A stretch of DNA of 37,221 nt from Octopus bimaculoides (lineage: Eukaryota). Positions 36,336-37,221 of the stretch are shown here, piece by piece. The DNA is taken from NCBI RefSeq assembly GCF_001194135.2, contig NC_068996.1, positions 18,589,016-18,626,236 on the forward strand. Direction: 5' to 3'. Both the position numbers and the translations under genes were made by a program. The notes under the pieces were generated by a model that was given only the letters and a program-made list of their open reading frames with translations, did not search any database and had not been told where the DNA came from. The number at the start of each line of letters is the position of its first letter. Positions within the stretch are counted from its first letter, which is position 1.

Positions 36336-36377
36336 CTTCGCTGATGAGGTCATAGTTATACCAAAACGTATCCGAGG
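36336..36377 (+). other. Decayed type I hammerhead motif
   Basis: CTTCG-CTGATGA-GGT...ACC-AAAA-CGTATC-CGAGG: stems I and II are intact, G12 has become A and stem III is mismatched. Confidence 0.4.
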
Positions 36378-37071
36378 TTGCATCCCTACCGAAATGATTT
36401 TTTAAATATTTGTAATATTATTCCCTGTGTAGTTTGATTTTGTTTTATATTTTCCAAGTTCCCAAAATGTAAAATTTGTTATATAACTAGTGAAACGCAA
36501 TACATGAAATTAGTAAGCATGTGCATAGAAGGCCATAGGAATTGAAAAGAAAACCGAAAAGCGGAGCGGGAAAGTCTAGTGAAATGGTAGACAGGTGGCT
36601 GCGTATTCATTGTGAGATTTTTTTTCTACAGTGTACGTCTTGTTTCAAGTAAAGCTACATCGAGAGAAGAGGCAACTGTGTTTTCTCTAGCGATATATAT
36701 CTTTTGTACTTCCCTTTTTGTGCACGTTGAGTGGCTTGTTAGTTACAATAGTAGCTTTACTTCCTTATTGTCATCTTTGCGCTTTCCGTCAAATTTGTAA
36801 TTATTGAATTGCTGGTATGTTTAATGAAGTAGAAGTCTTTTGGGGGGTTTTTTTTTTTGCTCTTGTTGTTTTTGTTTTGTCCTTACTCTATTCTATTTTT
36901 GATTTTCTTGGAGAGGCAGTCAGCAACCCTATGAGTTAATAGTTATGATTTCTGCCTCCCTTTTTATTTCTCTTAAGAATTACAATGTTCGGATGACTGG
37001 CTATCTTATCCTTTGGGATTAGCGAGATGCCAGTTTAAGGTCAAGCACCTCTTTTATGATTTTGTTTTGTC

Positions 37072-37072
<1 letters not shown>

Positions 37073-37158
<86 letters not shown>
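37073..37158. repeat. (ATT)n microsatellite
   Basis: Perfect trinucleotide run. Confidence 0.98.
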
Positions 37159-37160
<2 letters not shown>

Positions 37161-37221
37161 ATGCTTCAGTTTAAGAGAAGCTCTGAAAAGCCTCTGATTT
37201 TCTTTCATGATATTGCAATAC

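Overview
AT-rich, microsatellite-dense eukaryotic DNA with five N gaps. The repeat families look octopod (Octopus-like), but that is recalled resemblance, not a database result. No host protein-coding gene can be supported; almost all supplied ORFs are microsatellite or gap artefacts. The interpretable content is decayed mobile DNA: three tRNA-derived SINE families, CR1/L2-type, RTE-type, R4/NeSL-type and CRE-like LINE remnants, two mariner fragments, a non-autonomous Helitron, a piggyBac MITE and a fold-back MITE. The main signal is a set of Penelope-like-element (PLE) pieces carrying hammerhead ribozyme (HHR) motifs. (1) A GIY-YIG endonuclease fragment is followed by a tRNA-like head plus minimal HHR unit, which recurs alone as an inverted pair. 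(2) Further HHR families, unrelated to that unit, lie at about 1.4-1.7, 22.3 and 36.3 kb. (3) At 6957-7028 (minus strand) a complete HHR core has its strands in a non-canonical order (neither type I, II nor III), split between A9 and G10.1. No ribozyme activity is shown by sequence alone.
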